From NCBI GenBank assembly GCA_964019335.1, contig OZ025727.1, positions 186,001-250,000 on the forward strand: a DNA stretch of 64,000 bases. Direction: 5' to 3'. Position 1 is the first letter of the stretch. Every line of letters starts with the position of its first letter. The notes below the pieces were generated by a model that had not been told where the DNA came from, did no database searches, and saw only the letters and a program-made list of their open reading frames with translations. Of this stretch, positions 54,029 to 64,000 are shown piece by piece. The translations under genes were made by a program, and so were the position numbers. Source of the stretch: Diplonema japonicum (lineage: Eukaryota > Protista > Euglenozoa: Diplonemea).

Positions 54029-56899
54029 ATGGAGCAGCAGACACCAATGCAGCTGTACGAGCATCAGGGGGTGCTCGGTCATGGGATGGAGGCACGCTCA
54101 ACAACTCCTGTACTTCAAGAAGACAACGGGATGACACCTTTACACAAAGCTGCTCGGTTCGGCGATGTTGGGATGATGGAGAAGTTGCTTAGAATAGACA
54201 AGGAGGACCCAGGGGTCACCACCAATGATGGTTTCACACCACTGCATTATGCAGCTACGGGTGGACACCTTGAAGCAGTTGAGCTGCTGCTCTCACTGAA
54301 GACGAACCCTGGTGTCGCAAGCAACCCAGGCAAGATGACACCTTTGCACTTCGCAGCAGCGGGCGGTCGAACAAATGTGGTCAAGCTGTTGATCGAGAAG
54401 TACGAACAGAGCCCAAGTGTGCAGGACAACAACGGAAGAACACCTTTGCACTATGTAGTAACTGAGGCATCTGGGGGTCGTGTCGATGTGATAAAACTGT
54501 TGATTGACGATTACAAGCAAAGTCCAAGTGTACAGGACAACCTGGGATGGACACCTTTGCACGGTGCGGCACGTGAAGGAGATATTGAAGCGATTAAGCT
54601 GATGATTGACGATTACAAGCAAAGTCCAAATGTACAGGACAACGACGGGCAAACACCTTTGCACAATGCTCGCGTCGAAGTGATTAAGCTGTTGATCGAT
54701 AGTTGCGAACAATCTCCAAATGTAAAGGACAACTACGGAGGCACACTCTTGCACCATGCGGCATCTGAGGGTCGTGTTGAGGTGATTAAGTTGTTGGTTG
54801 ACAGATACAAGCAATCTCCAAATGTACGGGACAACGACGGAAGTACACCCTTGCACGCTGCAGCATTTGGGGGTCATGTTGAAGCGATTAAGCTGTTGAT
54901 TGACGATTACAAGCAAAGTCCAAATGTTCAAAACAGTGATGGATGTACACCGTTTCACGTTGCAGCAATCGGGGGACATGTTGCAGCGATTAAGCTGTTG
55001 GTCGATGATTACAAGCAAAGTCCAAATGTACAGGACAACAATGAATGCACACCCTTGCACCATGCGGCATCTGGGGGACATGTTGAAGCGATCAAGCTGT
55101 TGATTGATGATTACAAGCAAAGTCCAAATGTAAAGGACAACAAGGGAAGAACACCTTTGCACCATTCGGTACATGAAGGTCATATCGAAGCGATCAAGCT
55201 GTTGATCGATGGAGACAAGCAAAGCCCAAACGTACGGGACAACGAGGGGTGGACACCCTTGCACCATGCGGTATATGGAGGTCATGTTGAAGCGATTAAG
55301 CTGTTGATCGATGGGGACGAGCAAAGTCCAGGTGTACAGGACAACAGCGGAAGAACACCGTTGCATTTTGCAGTATATGAAGGTCATGTTGAAGCGATGA
55401 AGCTGTTGATCGATGGTGACAAGCAGAGTCTAAGTGTACAGGCCAACGACGGAAGGACACCTCTGCATGATGCCGTATCTCGGGCATCTGGGGGTCGTGT
55501 TGATGTGATAAAACTGTTGATTGACGATTACAAGCAAAGTCCAAGTGTACAGGACAACGAGGGATGGACACCTTTGCACCATGCGGCCTTTCAAGGTCAT
55601 GTTGAAGCGATTAAGCTGTTGATCGATAGTTACAAACAAGGTCCAAATGTAGAAGACAACGAGGGATTGACACCCTTGCACTATGCGGTATATGGAGGTC
55701 ATGTCGAAGGGATTAAGCTGTTGATCGATGATTACGCGCAAGGTCCAAGTGTACAGGACACCTACAGAAGGACACTTTTGCACGTTGCAGTTTCTCGGGC
55801 ATCTGGGGGTCGTGTCGATGTGATAAAACTGTTGATTGACGATTACAAGCAAAGTCCAAATGTACAGGACAACAAGGGATGGACACCCTTGCACCATGCA
55901 GCATTTGAAGGTCATGTTGAAGCGATTAAGCTGTTGGTCGATGGTTACAAACAAAGTCCAAGTGTACAGGACAACGAGGGATTGACACCCTTGAACCTTG
56001 CAGTATATGGAGGTCATGTTGAAGTGATGAAGCTGTTGATCGATGATTACAAGCAAAGTCCAAGTGTACAGGACAACGACGGAAGGACACCTCTGCATGA
56101 TGCAGTATCTGGGGGTCGTGTTGATGTGATAAAACTGTTGATTGACGATTACAAGCAAAGTCCAAGTGAACAGTCAACCAGTGGAATGGCACCTTTGCAC
56201 CTTGCGGCACATGAAGAACATGTCGAAGTGATAAAACTGTTGATCGATGATTACAAGCAAAGTCCAAATGTACAGGACAACTGGGGGAAAACACCCCTGC
56301 ACCATGCAGCGTGTCGGGGTCATATCGAGGTGATGAAGCTGTTGATTGACGATTACAAGCAAAGTCCAAATGTACAGGACAACTGGGGGAAAACACCCCT
56401 GCACCATGCAGCGTGTCGGGGTCATATCGAGGTGATGAAGCTGTTGATTGACGATTACAAGCAAAGTCCAAATGTACAGGACAACTGGGGGAAAACACCC
56501 CTGCACCATGCAGCGTGTCGGGGTCATATCGAGGTGATGAAGCTGTTGATTGACGATTACAAGCAAAGTCCAAATGTACAGGACAACTGGGGGAAAACAC
56601 CCCTGCACCATGCAGCGTGTCGGGGTCATATCGAGGTGATGAAGCTGTTGATTGACGATTACAAGCAAAGTCCAAGTGAACAGTCAACCAGTGGAATGAC
56701 ACCTTTGCACTTTGCGGCAAATTTTGGTCATGTCGAAGTAGTGAAGCTTTTGATCAATAGTTACGAACAAAGTCCAAGATTGAAGACTAGAAGAGGCACG
56801 AAAGCCATGATGTTGGCGAAAATACAAGGGCATACGAATATCGTGACAGTGTTGCAGGCTGCAGAGAAACAAGAGAAGCGGGGCTGTAGTATTTCTTGA
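54029..56899 (+). CDS. Long ankyrin-repeat protein (~27 repeats) with kinase-derived N-terminus and C-terminal CaaX
   Basis: 34-aa repeats (DNxGxTPLHxAAxxGHVEAIKLLIDDYKQSPNVQ). Ends KRGCSIS*. The first 20 codons are shared with the kinase at 50853. Confidence 0.92.
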   Translation: MEQQTPMQLYEHQGVLGHGMEARSTTPVLQEDNGMTPLHKAARFGDVGMMEKLLRIDKEDPGVTTNDGFTPLHYAATGGHLEAVELLLSLKTNPGVASNPGKMTPLHFAAAGGRTNVVKLLIEKYEQSPSVQDNNGRTPLHYVVTEASGGRVDVIKLLIDDYKQSPSVQDNLGWTPLHGAAREGDIEAIKLMIDDYKQSPNVQDNDGQTPLHNARVEVIKLLIDSCEQSPNVKDNYGGTLLHHAASEGRVEVIKLLVDRYKQSPNVRDNDGSTPLHAAAFGGHVEAIKLLIDDYKQSPNVQNSDGCTPFHVAAIGGHVAAIKLLVDDYKQSPNVQDNNECTPLHHAASGGHVEAIKLLIDDYKQSPNVKDNKGRTPLHHSVHEGHIEAIKLLIDGDKQSPNVRDNEGWTPLHHAVYGGHVEAIKLLIDGDEQSPGVQDNSGRTPLHFAVYEGHVEAMKLLIDGDKQSLSVQANDGRTPLHDAVSRASGGRVDVIKLLIDDYKQSPSVQDNEGWTPLHHAAFQGHVEAIKLLIDSYKQGPNVEDNEGLTPLHYAVYGGHVEGIKLLIDDYAQGPSVQDTYRRTLLHVAVSRASGGRVDVIKLLIDDYKQSPNVQDNKGWTPLHHAAFEGHVEAIKLLVDGYKQSPSVQDNEGLTPLNLAVYGGHVEVMKLLIDDYKQSPSVQDNDGRTPLHDAVSGGRVDVIKLLIDDYKQSPSEQSTSGMAPLHLAAHEEHVEVIKLLIDDYKQSPNVQDNWGKTPLHHAACRGHIEVMKLLIDDYKQSPNVQDNWGKTPLHHAACRGHIEVMKLLIDDYKQSPNVQDNWGKTPLHHAACRGHIEVMKLLIDDYKQSPNVQDNWGKTPLHHAACRGHIEVMKLLIDDYKQSPSEQSTSGMTPLHFAANFGHVEVVKLLINSYEQSPRLKTRRGTKAMMLAKIQGHTNIVTVLQAAEKQEKRGCSIS

Positions 56900-57095
56900 G
56901 AGATCCACGGTAACCTGCAACTTTTTTTTCCACTTTTTACTGTAACCACCAACAATTTCCCTTATGCAACCACTAACTTCTTTTCCACCGTCCACGGTAA
57001 CCTCCGACATTGGGGTAGTACGAAATGTAGCAACGGGCGAGCAAAAAAAACATGATGTCATAGCAAAAGAAAAGGAAAAAGACGTTTTAAGGGAA

Positions 57096-57518
57096 ATGGG
57101 TGACTACCCTAAAGGCTGGGACTTCAACAGGGTGCGAAAAACTAGAAACCATCGACTTTAATGGGATGACCAATCTTTCTTCTGTTGGTGATCACTTCCT
57201 GTCAGGGTGCAAAAAACTAGAAACCATCGACTTGAATGCGATGACCAATCTTTCTTCTTCTTGTCATGTTGCACCAAGTTAGAAACCATCGACTTGAATG
57301 CGATGACCAATCTTTCTTCTATTGGTAATTGCTTCTTGTCAGATTGCACCAAGTTAGAAACCATCGACTTGGATGGGATGACCAATCTTTCTTCCATTGG
57401 TGATCACTTCTTGCATGGGTGCGAAAAACTAGAAGCCATCGTTTTGAGAGGAGGCACTGATACTTTTAACAGGCTTTTAATGGCCAAGGTCCCATCGGGG
57501 GTATGTATTGAGATATAA
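57096..57518 (+). pseudogene. BspA-type LRR gene fragment
   Basis: 25-aa repeats (KLETIDLNAMTNLSSIGNCFLSDCT) broken by frameshifts and lacking an N-terminus. Confidence 0.8.
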
Positions 57519-57567
57519 TAAGTGTGAAATATTATATTCACTCCCACCCTTGAAAATCTGACTGGAG

Positions 57568-57629
<62 letters not shown>

Positions 57630-57887
57630 ACACCCCTCTTTTTATAAGAAACCCGCACACTCATCCTTTCCTGTCCTTTTTTATCTTCCCCTTTCGTTTT
57701 TTTGTTTTTTTTTACATCATTCTCCCCCCCCCCCCCCCCCGTCCCGTAATTTTTTCACACAAAACAGTGTTTTCCTCCTGATAGTTCAAAAAGAAAAAAA
57801 GAGGGAATAAGAAGAGATAAAAAAAAGTAGGGAGTATGGGGGGGGGGAAAAATGTGATCTATTTTTTTAGTACTTCCCTTTATTCGC

Positions 57888-57930
57888 GGGCCGTTGCTAA
57901 CCACTTCGTTCCTATCATAGTGAATTTATT
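57888..57930. repeat. Copy of the 596-636 short repeat
   Basis: GGGCCGTTGCTAACCACTTCGTTCCTATCATAGTGAATTT. Confidence 0.75.
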
Positions 57931-58613
57931 TTTTTTTCGCTTTTCCTTGCTTTGCCTCCAAAAAGCTTTGAAGAGGAAGAAAAAAATCCACCCCCCCCCT
58001 TTGGTTTCTTCCCATACGTAGTATTTTTTTATTTTTGCTTTATTTTTTTCGGTTAAAAATTATCTTCCTTGCTAAGAACGCATAGCTTGTCCAATGCAAG
58101 AATGAGAGCCTGTTGTCCTGTTTTTTTTTTTTCCCACTATCATTTCATTTGTATTTTTCTTCCTTTTTTTCCCTCGGCAGTGGCTCCTCCGATGAATGGT
58201 AGGAATGCACCAGTGCCCTGGTAAAAGGGTGGGGAGCCGCAGCGAATGTGAGATGTTGGTGAAGGTGTCCTTGATGGGTTTTTAGGGGTTATGGGTGGGG
58301 GCTTGCAGGTGGGTGGGTCGAGGCCAGGTTGGTTTGCCGATTGGCATCCCACTGTGGACCCGACTGATCTGTCTGAAATCCTCAACTTCGTTTTCCCTTT
58401 TTCGATTCAGTGTATTTTCTCCTCCCCCCCCCCCCCCTCCCCAGGGCTGAGAGAAAAGAGTGGTCCGACCCCTTCGTGCCTGACTACAGAGCACAACAAC
58501 CTACCAGAACGCAGTCCACCCTTCCCGCAGCCATGCATCCTTCAGCACGGAAGGCTGGCTTGCTCGTACGCCAGGCGGTTTATGAAGCAACCAAAGTCAT
58601 TCTTCTTTTTTTT

Positions 58614-58657
58614 AGGAACAAGGGGGCGTCTCACAAAGACTTCCTTTAACTCATATA
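58614..58657 (+). mobile_element. Tail-only copy of LINE family A
   Basis: GAACAAGGGGGCGTCTCACAAAGACTTCCTTTAACTCATATA is identical to the ends at 37694 and 62405. Confidence 0.88.
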
Positions 58658-58689
58658 TTTTCTTTTTCTTTTTTCTTTTTTTCTTTTTT

Positions 58690-61600
58690 GACGAGGACAG
58701 GTCTCCAGAACTGTGCAAGGCGCAGCAGACGGGCTGGACTGATGCAGCGGAGCTGTGCGCAAAGATGAGAAGGGGCGAGCAACCAGAACCAACGTTTGTA
58801 CGGGAAAACTGCGCCACACGGATAGACAGGATTCTGGCAAACCCAGAGGCGGTGCCGGCCATCACGGACTGCAGCGCATACAAGCTAGTCAAAGGAACCG
58901 ACCACAGAACCCTCACAGTCCGACTACAACTCGATAGGTTCAGTCTGCAGGTACAGAGGTACATGCTGCGAAGGGGCTGGAAGCAGCAGAGGAGCCGGCA
59001 GAAGGTCAGGGCGCAGAGGCTGTTGAAGCGTGTCATTTCCAACTGCACTTGCAAGAGGGCCGAATCACAGAAGCCTTCGAAACACTCTCCCGATGCACAG
59101 AAGATCTCCTGATAGGACAACCGGTAGGGACGCCAGGGAGGGCAGCATACGTTGGAAGGGGCAAACACATAAGCACGAAGAACAAGAATGTGTGTGCACC
59201 GACAACAACAGGCTCGATCGGGGCGGCTACAATCATGCAGGCCCGACTGGAGAAGCTGAGGCTCAAGACCCGTTCATTACGAGAGCAACTGGAACGGGCA
59301 ATGGACGAGGGGAGCCTGAGCACGACCACTCTGAACACAATAAGGAATGTGAACAGAGAAGCAGCAGCGGCAGCAGTCCCGACGGAGCCAATACCGCAGG
59401 ACACCACGTTCATCGAAGACATGCTGGCAGCAACCCTAGACATGGAGGACGCCGTGGCAGCGCAAGAACGGAGGAAGAGGACCGAGTCGAACACGACGCG
59501 AAGACGAGAATACCTGGCTGAGGTGGCATCGGGAAGAGAAACGGCCAAGCTGGTGACAGTAGCAAGAGGAAAACGCCAGAGCGATGGGACCAGGGCAGTC
59601 AAGGATGGGAAGTTACTAGTGGCAGACCCTGCGAAGATCGACGCAGTCATGCGCAAAGCCTGGAAGAGCGTCTTCTCGAAGTACGAAAACAAGCCGGAAC
59701 CCCCCTTCGCCCCCTTCAAGGCAAAGTATGGCAAGTTTATACAACGGCATGAGATGACGAAGACGCAGCTCACGGGAGCGAGGCTGAGAGAGGTACTCGC
59801 AAGGAAGAGCAAGAGAAGCGCAGCAGGCATCGACGGGTGGAGGATGCTGGAGCTACGCAAACTACCAGAGTCGGTGTTGGACGCCTGGGCTCAGCTCTTC
59901 CAAGCGATCGAAGCAACCGGGAGATGGCCAGAGGCCGTGAAGACGGCGCTGGTCACACTCGTACCAAAATGCGACGACGCGGGACCGCTGGAGCACAGAC
60001 CCATCACGGTGACATCAGCGGTGTACAGACTTTGGGCATGCACGCGACTGGCAGACATCCTTCTCTGGCAGGAGAAGTGGGTACACGACAAGCAGTACGG
60101 ATTCCGCACAGGCTTCGGGACAGAGGACGCGCTGATGGACCTCGCCCTGGACATCGAGGAATCTCTACTCGAAGGGAAACCGCTGGTCGGGGTGGCACTT
60201 GACTTTGCGAAGTGTTTCGACAGCGTACCGCAGCAACTAGTGATGGAGCTGGTGGAGGACAAGGGCATGGAGACGGGCATTCTAAGGGCGCTGAAGGGGA
60301 TGTACGCGGGCATGCGGAGACGTTTCAGGTACGCCACGGGCGTTGGAGAGGAGTTCCACACGACAAATGGAATCCTACAAGGGTGCCCCATATCTGTGGT
60401 ACTCATCAACGCGTTACTGGCAGTGCTGATGAAACAGGTAGAGGACGGCACGGGGGTCCGCTCGTTGTCGTACGCTGACGACGCGTACCTTCTGGCACAA
60501 CTCGCGGCAGCGCTGCAGAAGGGGGTGGAGGCGGTGGAGGACTTCTGCAAAATGGTTGGCATGAAGCTAAACGTAAAGAAAACCAAAACCTTTACGACAG
60601 GCGCCAAGGCACCGGAAGTGAAGGTGGACGGTGAAGTGCTGCAGGCAGTGCGGACAGTGGAGGTGCTGGGAGCCAAGCTGCGTACGGACGGCTAGCAGCA
60701 ATACAACAACGACAGGGCCAAGGAAGCGATGAAGACGTTGAGCAGGCTGGGGGCGACCCCGCTGTCCTTCCAGCAGAAGGCGCGGATCATCAGCTCCACA
60801 CTGCTGCCAAGCTGCCTGTACGACGCCCCCTTCTCACCGCCAAGGACGGGGATGATGGAACTCCTGGTGATGGAGACGACGTACACGCTGTGGGGCCAGA
60901 GGTATCGCACGCGGAGCCCCGGCGCAGTGCTCTCCGTGACACTACCAGGCACACACACCACCCGAAGATGACAGCAGCCTACAAAGCACTGATGCTCATG
61001 TACAGGGCATGCAGGAAGGACGACCAGCTGTGGGCACGCTGCAACGACATCGCAAAGCTGTACCGGGAAGGGAAGAAGGCGCTGGGCCTGGTGGGAAACC
61101 TGAAGCAGAGGTGGCTACCCATGGTGCAAGCAACCTGAGACCAGCTGAAGGACACCATGGCCATGGAGAAGGAGCGGTTCCGACACTACATCAGAGACAA
61201 GCTCAGGCGTGGTGAAGCGGAGGCCATCATGGGAAAACGGAGCACCATGAAAGGAATGGCGACGGCAGCCGCTGTCAAGACAAACGAGCTATGGGGGAAG
61301 CTGGCGTCGTCGGACCCCATCGCAGCAAGGAACCTACGCAGGGTGATCACAGGCGCGGTTTTCTACATCCACCCACGGACGCAGTGGCACACATCCCACC
61401 GACGGAGGAGGAGGTGGACGAAGAAGATTCCCGAGACGACTCAGAAGACGAAGAAGAAAGAGAGGCGGGTGGAGAAGGGGAAGTCGCGGAGCTGGAGCGC
61501 ATGCTGCTGGCGGAGCAGAGGCAGCAGGACAAACCCGCAACGGCACGCTGCGACGTATGCGGTCAGATGCAACAGGTATCCAACATCCTGGAGCATGCAC

Positions 61601-62448
61601 TGTGGGAGTGCGAACTGGCTGTGGAAGTACGACAACGGGAGGCACATGCAGGCACGACACGAGCAGGCCTAGAACCATGCATGAGGCTCCATGGCATCCT
61701 CCCGAGGGAAGCGACCAAGGAGGACAAGGACAGGCTCGAGAAGACCCAGCGTTACCTGCTGGCTGTGGTGGGGGAACGCGACGCAGCCTTGCAGGCAAAG
61801 AGGCAGCAGATCTACCGGACACACCAATGGCTGGAGATCACGGAGGGGGAGGCACACCCAGCACCAACAGAGGAGGAGTTCGCGAGGCTGCAGACCGGCA
61901 ACACCCTGAAGGAGTACACGAAACCGGTGCTGAAATGGCTCAAGCAGCTGCGCTGGTATGGAGGGAACAGAAGCACGGCAGTGTCGACGGTGGAGCTGGC
62001 GCTGGATTTCGAAAACGTGACCCCGAAATCCCTTGGAGGGAAGCTAGGGGAGTTGGCAGAGGTGCGACAGAAGGCCAGGAGACTGCACACGGTGATGAAG
62101 AAGGTGTGGAACACATGGGAACTAGGGAGACTGCAGAAGAAGGTGAAAGGAAGGAGGGCCTTCCCTGCTGAACCATGCAAGAGAGTACATACGCTGCGAT
62201 CAATCGGAGGGACGAAGGCGGTGATCGGGTGGAGTAGAAGAGCAATCTTTGCATCAACGAAGACCAAGTACGACCTGGAGGAGCTGGGGAAGCAATGGGC
62301 AAAGGAAAGAAGGGAAAAAGTAGCCAAGCTGGGGAGGAGGCCGGTACGACCACCGAAGAAGGAGAAACCGCTGCTGAAGGGGGATAGGTGCAGGTAGAGC
62401 ATGAGAACAAGGGGGCGTCTCACAAAGACTTCCTTTAACTCATATATA
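58690..62448 (+). mobile_element. Non-LTR retrotransposon (APE endonuclease, RT, CCHC, C-terminal extension), 5'-truncated and inactivated
   Basis: APE C-terminal motifs PTF...TRIDRIL...TDHR. RT motifs AAGIDG, RPI, QYGFR, LDFAKCFDSV, GILQGCPIS, YADD. Zinc knuckle CDVC...EHALWEC. Stops at 60693 and 61136; frameshifts near 59045, 60960 and 61370. Confidence 0.95.
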
Positions 62449-62552
62449 TTTTTTTTTCTTTTTTCTTCATTCTAAAAAAATTGAACTTCCCTCAGGTTTT
62501 TTTTTTTTTCTTTTTCAAAAAAAAAAAAAAAAAAAAAAAAAAAGGGAAACAT

Positions 62553-63875
62553 ATGGCATCCTACGACGTCGACTGCAACCCCACCACAACCTGTATCCTA
62601 CCGCAAGAAGCTCCGATTATGGGAATCCCTGTAAAAGTCCCCCAACCCGACCAAGCAGCAACCTGTGAAGCATGGGAAACAACAGACAGAAAATGCCGAA
62701 CATCCTTAACGTTAACAATCATGAGCTACTTCTGCATGTGGAGCGGTGTACTGCTGATAACAACGGGCTATAAAAAAAACGCAGGGACGGTGATGTACAT
62801 CGCAGGAGCACACGGCTTCGTCTTCGCAAAAGCCAGCCTCGCAATGAACTACGTACCCCACGAATCACACAGCCCTTTAAAATACTTCATGGCGATGGTG
62901 ACAACGATTCTGGGTGTGGTGGGGATGGCCACTGCAACAACGGAATGGTCGTACAGTTTGATTGTATTCGTCTGTTCGCAGACGTGGCTGATGTACGTAG
63001 TTGCGCTGCGAACGATTGCAGTTTTCTCGACCCCTCCAAGACGTGAAAAACCAAACCCGACTTTCTTCACATGTTACTGCGGTCTGACGCTGATGACTAT
63101 CGGGTACTGCGGGCTATGGACAAGCCTTTTTTTCGCACTTGCAGAAGTGAACCGTTTCGCACTAACATTGTCCGTCGTAAGCTCTCTTATAGGGGCTGTT
63201 GGAACAGCCTGCATGGTCTTCACATCCAACACGCACCACACCATCGTCAACACCGTTATGCTGTTCAACTCCGTTGCAGGTATTATATTAATATCTGTAT
63301 ACACCCCGCTTCTGTTCGTGACCGGTTATGTGAAACCGTGGGAAGTGTTGGGGCAGTGCTTTCTTGTAATGGAATGCACCACGGTCCTGTGTATGGGATT
63401 TGTGGTTACAATGGTGAACCGGGCTGGGAGGCGGTATCCCCCGGTGAGGTTTCTCGCTGGGGTCGTTGTTGGTGTTGTTATGCTTGTGGTTGGCGCTGCG
63501 ATTGTGTTTGTTTCTTTAAACACTGTTTTCCGTTCTTTACCTGGATGGCAGCTTGCGGTTTGCGGTATTTGTCTCTTTTGTGGTGGGTGCGGGTCGTTGC
63601 TCGTCACTGTGTGCCCGGATGATAGCAAGATTGTGACGGTGTTGGCTGGTGTTGTAGTTGTCATGTTGGTTGCTTTCACCTTCGCTTTCCTGTATCAGGT
63701 TTTCGACACAGAGTGCAACGGTCCTTTTTGGCTTTGTGTTCTGATTGTGTTTTACGATGCTGTGGTCTTGGGTGCTGTGTTCCTCGTTACCACTGTTGCC
63801 CGGGGGGCTGGGAGAAGTAGCCTGGTTCCCTCTCATGTGGGTGTGGTGGTTTTTGAACCACAGGAACAGGCATGA
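62553..63875 (+). CDS. Polytopic membrane protein (~12 TM, apparently three 4-TM repeats), function unknown
   Basis: ATG after A-tract, with three hydrophobic blocks separated by basic/Pro linkers (TPPRREKP, AGRRYPP). Confidence 0.8.
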   Translation: MASYDVDCNPTTTCILPQEAPIMGIPVKVPQPDQAATCEAWETTDRKCRTSLTLTIMSYFCMWSGVLLITTGYKKNAGTVMYIAGAHGFVFAKASLAMNYVPHESHSPLKYFMAMVTTILGVVGMATATTEWSYSLIVFVCSQTWLMYVVALRTIAVFSTPPRREKPNPTFFTCYCGLTLMTIGYCGLWTSLFFALAEVNRFALTLSVVSSLIGAVGTACMVFTSNTHHTIVNTVMLFNSVAGIILISVYTPLLFVTGYVKPWEVLGQCFLVMECTTVLCMGFVVTMVNRAGRRYPPVRFLAGVVVGVVMLVVGAAIVFVSLNTVFRSLPGWQLAVCGICLFCGGCGSLLVTVCPDDSKIVTVLAGVVVVMLVAFTFAFLYQVFDTECNGPFWLCVLIVFYDAVVLGAVFLVTTVARGAGRSSLVPSHVGVVVFEPQEQA

Positions 63876-63884
63876 TCGAAAGGG

Positions 63885-63926
<42 letters not shown>

Positions 63927-64000
63927 AACTTTAAAGAAGGGCGTTACTGGCGGGTCTTCTTCTCTCTATTTTTTTTTTTTTTTTTTTTTTTTTTGCTTTC

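Noticed and set aside
54122-56870. Regular ~102-bp repeats resembling a CRISPR array
   Set aside because: They are in-frame ankyrin coding repeats with no unique spacers and no cas genes, in a eukaryotic context.
58175-58235. Hairpin GGCTCCTC/GGGGAGCC followed by GCGAAT, suggestive of an HDV-like ribozyme upstream of the LINE
   Set aside because: I could not identify P1/P2/P3 pairings, and the LINE is 5'-truncated, so this is not its 5' UTR.
58614-62448. LTR retrotransposon interpretation from the terminal direct repeat
   Set aside because: The RT is non-LTR type with APE, there is no gag/integrase or TG...CA, and the repeat is the 3' tail also seen on the 37018 copy.

Overview
Eukaryotic (protist) nuclear DNA, most likely a euglenozoan of diplonemid type. 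This is inferred from a euglenozoan-like 18S fragment, receptor-type adenylate cyclases, 'ERRxDxDGxxYTxxEF...WDAA' repeats, CAZymes, unidirectional genes and short GT-AG introns. About 17 apparently intact protein genes and 3 pseudogenes all lie on the + strand, separated by homopolymer-rich spacers. They include Ub-RPS27A, a GH5-like hydrolase, a GH2 beta-mannosidase, an S10 carboxypeptidase, a torsin-like ATPase, two receptor adenylate cyclases, a 4x6TM voltage-gated channel, and ankyrin/LRR/kinase genes. Mobile DNA is dense: two internally deleted piggyBac copies (TTAA), a ~1 kb GAG...CTC TIR family at ATAT sites, two adjacent MITEs, and an APE-RT LINE family (plus a diverged sister family) that inserts into T-tracts and ends in a covarying stem-loop. 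The most notable observations are: (i) cis-introns whose 3' acceptor is preceded by a near-pure poly-A tract; (ii) the T-tract-targeting LINEs with a structurally conserved 3' hairpin and no poly-A tail; (iii) a chimeric, CaaX-tailed ankyrin gene that captured a kinase gene's leader and first 20 codons; (iv) an atypical A/D/S/D channel filter. Most short ORFs in the supplied track are homopolymer or antisense artefacts. All calls come from reading the sequence by eye; no database searches were run.
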